Below are positions 60,901-63,685 of a stretch of 63,685 nt of DNA, in pieces. Source of the DNA: Chrysemys picta bellii (Eukaryota); the NCBI RefSeq assembly GCF_011386835.1, contig NC_088791.1, positions 13,206,316 to 13,270,000 on the forward strand, written 5' to 3'. Below the pieces are notes generated by a model. That model worked only from the letters and a program-made list of their open reading frames with translations, searched no databases and was not told where the DNA came from. Each line of letters starts with the position of its first letter. The stretch's first letter is position 1. The position numbers and the translations under genes are program-made.

Positions 60901-62199
60901 ACGCAACCCCTATTGTTTTTTTGCTAATTGCTCCAACAATGGGCCCCTGTTAGAGCCGAGCTGTCAATTAAGGCCCCCGCTGGGGTGAGAGGAATTATGT
61001 CAACTGCACCGTACTCAACTGGACAAGGATGGGGAAGGGGCAGTCCAGGCTGAGTCTAACGGGTAGGGTGGGGGGAGGCGATTAAGGGTTGCAAAGGGAA
61101 TCCTAACTCTCCTAGCTCCCCAGTAATGATAAGGTTGATGTTAATATTCAAGGAGCCACCATGGGTGAATAGATCGTCGTGTCATTATCACTGCTGTTCT
61201 TTTGTTATTTATGCTGTTCTTAAACTCTATCCCCGGACTATGTTCGGAGTAGTTAGGACTAATGAAGAAATAGGTCATGATTATTTTCTGCAGAATAACG
61301 ACTAATACACGCGTCATCAGAGGTGTTTGCTTTCAATCCACCAGCCCCAAATCCCCAGCATTCTTTTGACCACCTTTTGGTTTCACCCCCTCCGCATTCT
61401 GTCTCAAGAGTTGCACAGAAAATTCTAAGTTAAAGAGAAGACAGAGAAATGTGTAAGTGAAAGTGACAGCTTTGTAACAGAAGGGATGGGGGATGCAGGT
61501 GGCATTAGTCCAGAGTCCTTTACAAAGCAGAAATCACTCCTAGAGCTATAGAAGTTAGACTTGTTAGGCCATTCTAGTGCATGCCCTAATCAGTGTCAGA
61601 TTGTTCCACAAAGTACAAATTTCCAGTTCTACCCTCGTGCCGGATATGATCCATATTTGCCCTCATGCACATATTTATGTTTTTGCAGTAAATTGAAACA
61701 TTTCTTCTCCAAATCACTTACGTAAACAAGTTTAATGATCGCCCAAGGCTCCCAGAAACACAAGTTTTCTTTGCTGGGATTAGCCACTTTACGATTTCTA
61801 CATGGATATTCCTTTTGACTGTCTCGCTGTACGCCTGCAAGTTTATGTGGGCTTGGCTATAACTCTTTCTAAATACAGTTTTATCTCACCTAACCTGTCA
61901 CGGCATCTTAACATCTGCGCTTTGAAAACACTGATCTTATTACGATGATCATCCTATAACCACAAGGAACGAACCATTTTCATTCTCATCTTCATTCACT
62001 TTTTTGGGAGGGGGAAGGGTTTTTAAATTTCCAAGACAATCTGTTCTAGAAATCTCGTGTTTCCCCCGAGGGCTTTCGGTCTGTATAAAGGGTCTTCATA
62101 AAATGTTCCTTGTCTCATCATAAGACGCACTGACACATTGTACAGTCAGAGAGGAGAGAAGGGGTTGCCTTTAAAATGACCCCCTGCCCGCCTCCCCCT

Positions 62200-63200
62200 G
62201 CCCCCCAAAAGAGAATTTCCCTTGAAAGTGATGGAGTCCGGCAGGATTCCCCCTCCTGGGATCGCTTTAAGCAATAAATAACGACATTAAATAAAAAAGG
62301 AAATCCAAGTAGAATCCCTCTTACCTATAGGAGACAGCTGTGTGTCTTCGGAGAGAGAAGGCGCTTTTTTGCAGCATCCACTCTCCGATGGTGAAATTGA
62401 CTAATGCAGAGAACAGGCTAAGAAAGGGAACCGGAGAGGCCAGCAAATGTTACGGGGGAGAGGGGGGGATCCTGCCCATGTTCCCCCCTCCATCCCAGTC
62501 CAGAGCGGGGTGGAGGGGGGGGGGGGAGAAGCGAGGACAGAGATAGAGAGAGAGAGCATCAGGAAAAGGGAATCGTGTGGACACACTTGCACCGTTACTC
62601 TGCATAAGGATTGAAGAGTTGATCCAAACCTAATGCGTCTCAGATTAATTAATGCATGGGGCTCCTTGAGCGCCTGGTTCGTGTCTCGTGTGTGTGTGTG
62701 AGAGAGAGCCCCCCTCCAGCCCCGAGAAGCGCCCTCCTCCCCTCTCTCTCTGCAGCCCCTTGCCTGCCTGCCTCTTGCCCCGCTAATGGGCTCCCTGGCA
62801 CGCAGCATGGCTTCCCCTCGGCAGCATGGCTCTGAGCTCGGCCCCTGACGTCAATGCCCAGTGGCGTCGGCTAGGCTGGCCAGCGAAGGGCAATGCAGAG
62901 AGCATCAAAAGAGCAACCTCCCATTTCCCAATTACACCCTGTCAATCCAGGAGTCAAAGGGAGGCGGGGGGAGAAGCTGGGAAGCAGACACTGAATACCC
63001 CTCCTTGCAGCCCCGGCTCCATTACACAGAGCATCCCCTTCGACTCAGCCCGGGTGCCTACCTGAACGCTCAGCGCCTGTAGGCAACAAACAAGCCGTGC
63101 CAGCGCACCCAGAAATCACTAGCACGGTGCTCGGAGCTGTACACTCAGCAGATCCGAATGAGAGCCCGGGAGATTAGCTATTGAGTGATTAGCTCATCTC
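62200..63200. promoter_or_regulatory. CpG-rich promoter-proximal-like block with a perfect CRE (TGACGTCA 62846-62853)
   Basis: GC-rich, with a full palindromic CRE. Its position near the window end is where the GATA3 proximal/antisense promoter region would be expected by synteny. Confidence 0.5.
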
Positions 63201-63685
63201 GTTTTATTGCATTAGTTAAAAGCCCTTGGACTTGTTTATATCCGTGACCGCCCTCCTCTCTTTTAAATGTCTGACATCCCCAGAGTTCATCTTCAAACCG
63301 GGATGGATAAACCGATATTTATCCGTTTACTCCTACGAGCACAACAGTTCTGCGGTATGTTTTCTCTGTCTCTACGCCTCAGAACTGCCCGACTCAGAAA
63401 AGTAACTGAATGTAGGTAGCGATTTATCCGCTACGAAGAGAAAGACAAATTAGAATATAGCATCTTTGTAATAAAAACAATGCAATTGGCATACATGCAG
63501 ATATGCGCATAATAAATGTATTTAATTCTCATTACTATTTTCTCATAAAATCTCTCTCTCTCTGTCGGCTGTGCGAGGAGCAATTTCCAGTTGGCATATT
63601 AAACATAAGGCTGACTAATTCAAGTTTTGGAGGACTGACGTATGCGGCACGTTTTTATGCCTCGTTCGGTGCTGCTGTGGGCCAA

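Larger units (their letters stand above)
47900..63685. promoter_or_regulatory. Inferred upstream regulatory domain of GATA3 (CpG-rich patches, candidate conserved elements, candidate distal promoter)
   Basis: Nearly TE-free and rich in CpG and G-runs, with no long credible ORF. GATA3 is the established downstream neighbour of TAF3 in vertebrates, but its coding exons are not in this window, so the assignment is by synteny only. Confidence 0.7.

Noticed and set aside
1-63685. tRNA, rRNA or intact autonomous transposon genes
   Set aside because: Only SINE-derived tRNA-like heads and disrupted TE ORF fragments were seen.

Overview
This is vertebrate genomic DNA, most likely turtle (Testudines), judged from the repeat complement: CR1, L2 tails, hAT and Harbinger MITEs, Penelope, DIRS, LF-SINE and MIR-like SINEs. 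There are three assembly gaps. The first ~27 kb holds the last four coding exons of TAF3 on the + strand (3331-3413, 18499-18754, 23744-23850, 24624-24738). All introns are GT-AG and phase-consistent; the exons encode the Pro-rich region and the C-terminal PHD finger, followed by a 3'UTR. A TE-rich intergenic stretch runs from ~27 to 47 kb. From ~47.3 kb to the end the sequence becomes nearly TE-free, CpG- and G-run-rich, and dense in transcription-factor motifs. By conserved TAF3-GATA3 synteny I infer this is the upstream regulatory domain of GATA3; no GATA3 coding sequence is visible in the window. I found no evidence for a wholly new gene system. The most interesting items are: a minimal hammerhead ribozyme inside a Penelope retroelement fragment, inverted MITE copies bracketing TAF3 exon 4, a DIRS tyrosine-recombinase remnant, a phased STAT/BCL6-FOX motif module, an octamer cluster with a compressed SOX-OCT site, an array of six splice-acceptor-like units, and a candidate distal non-coding GATA3 exon. 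All family assignments come from recognition by eye, not from database searches.
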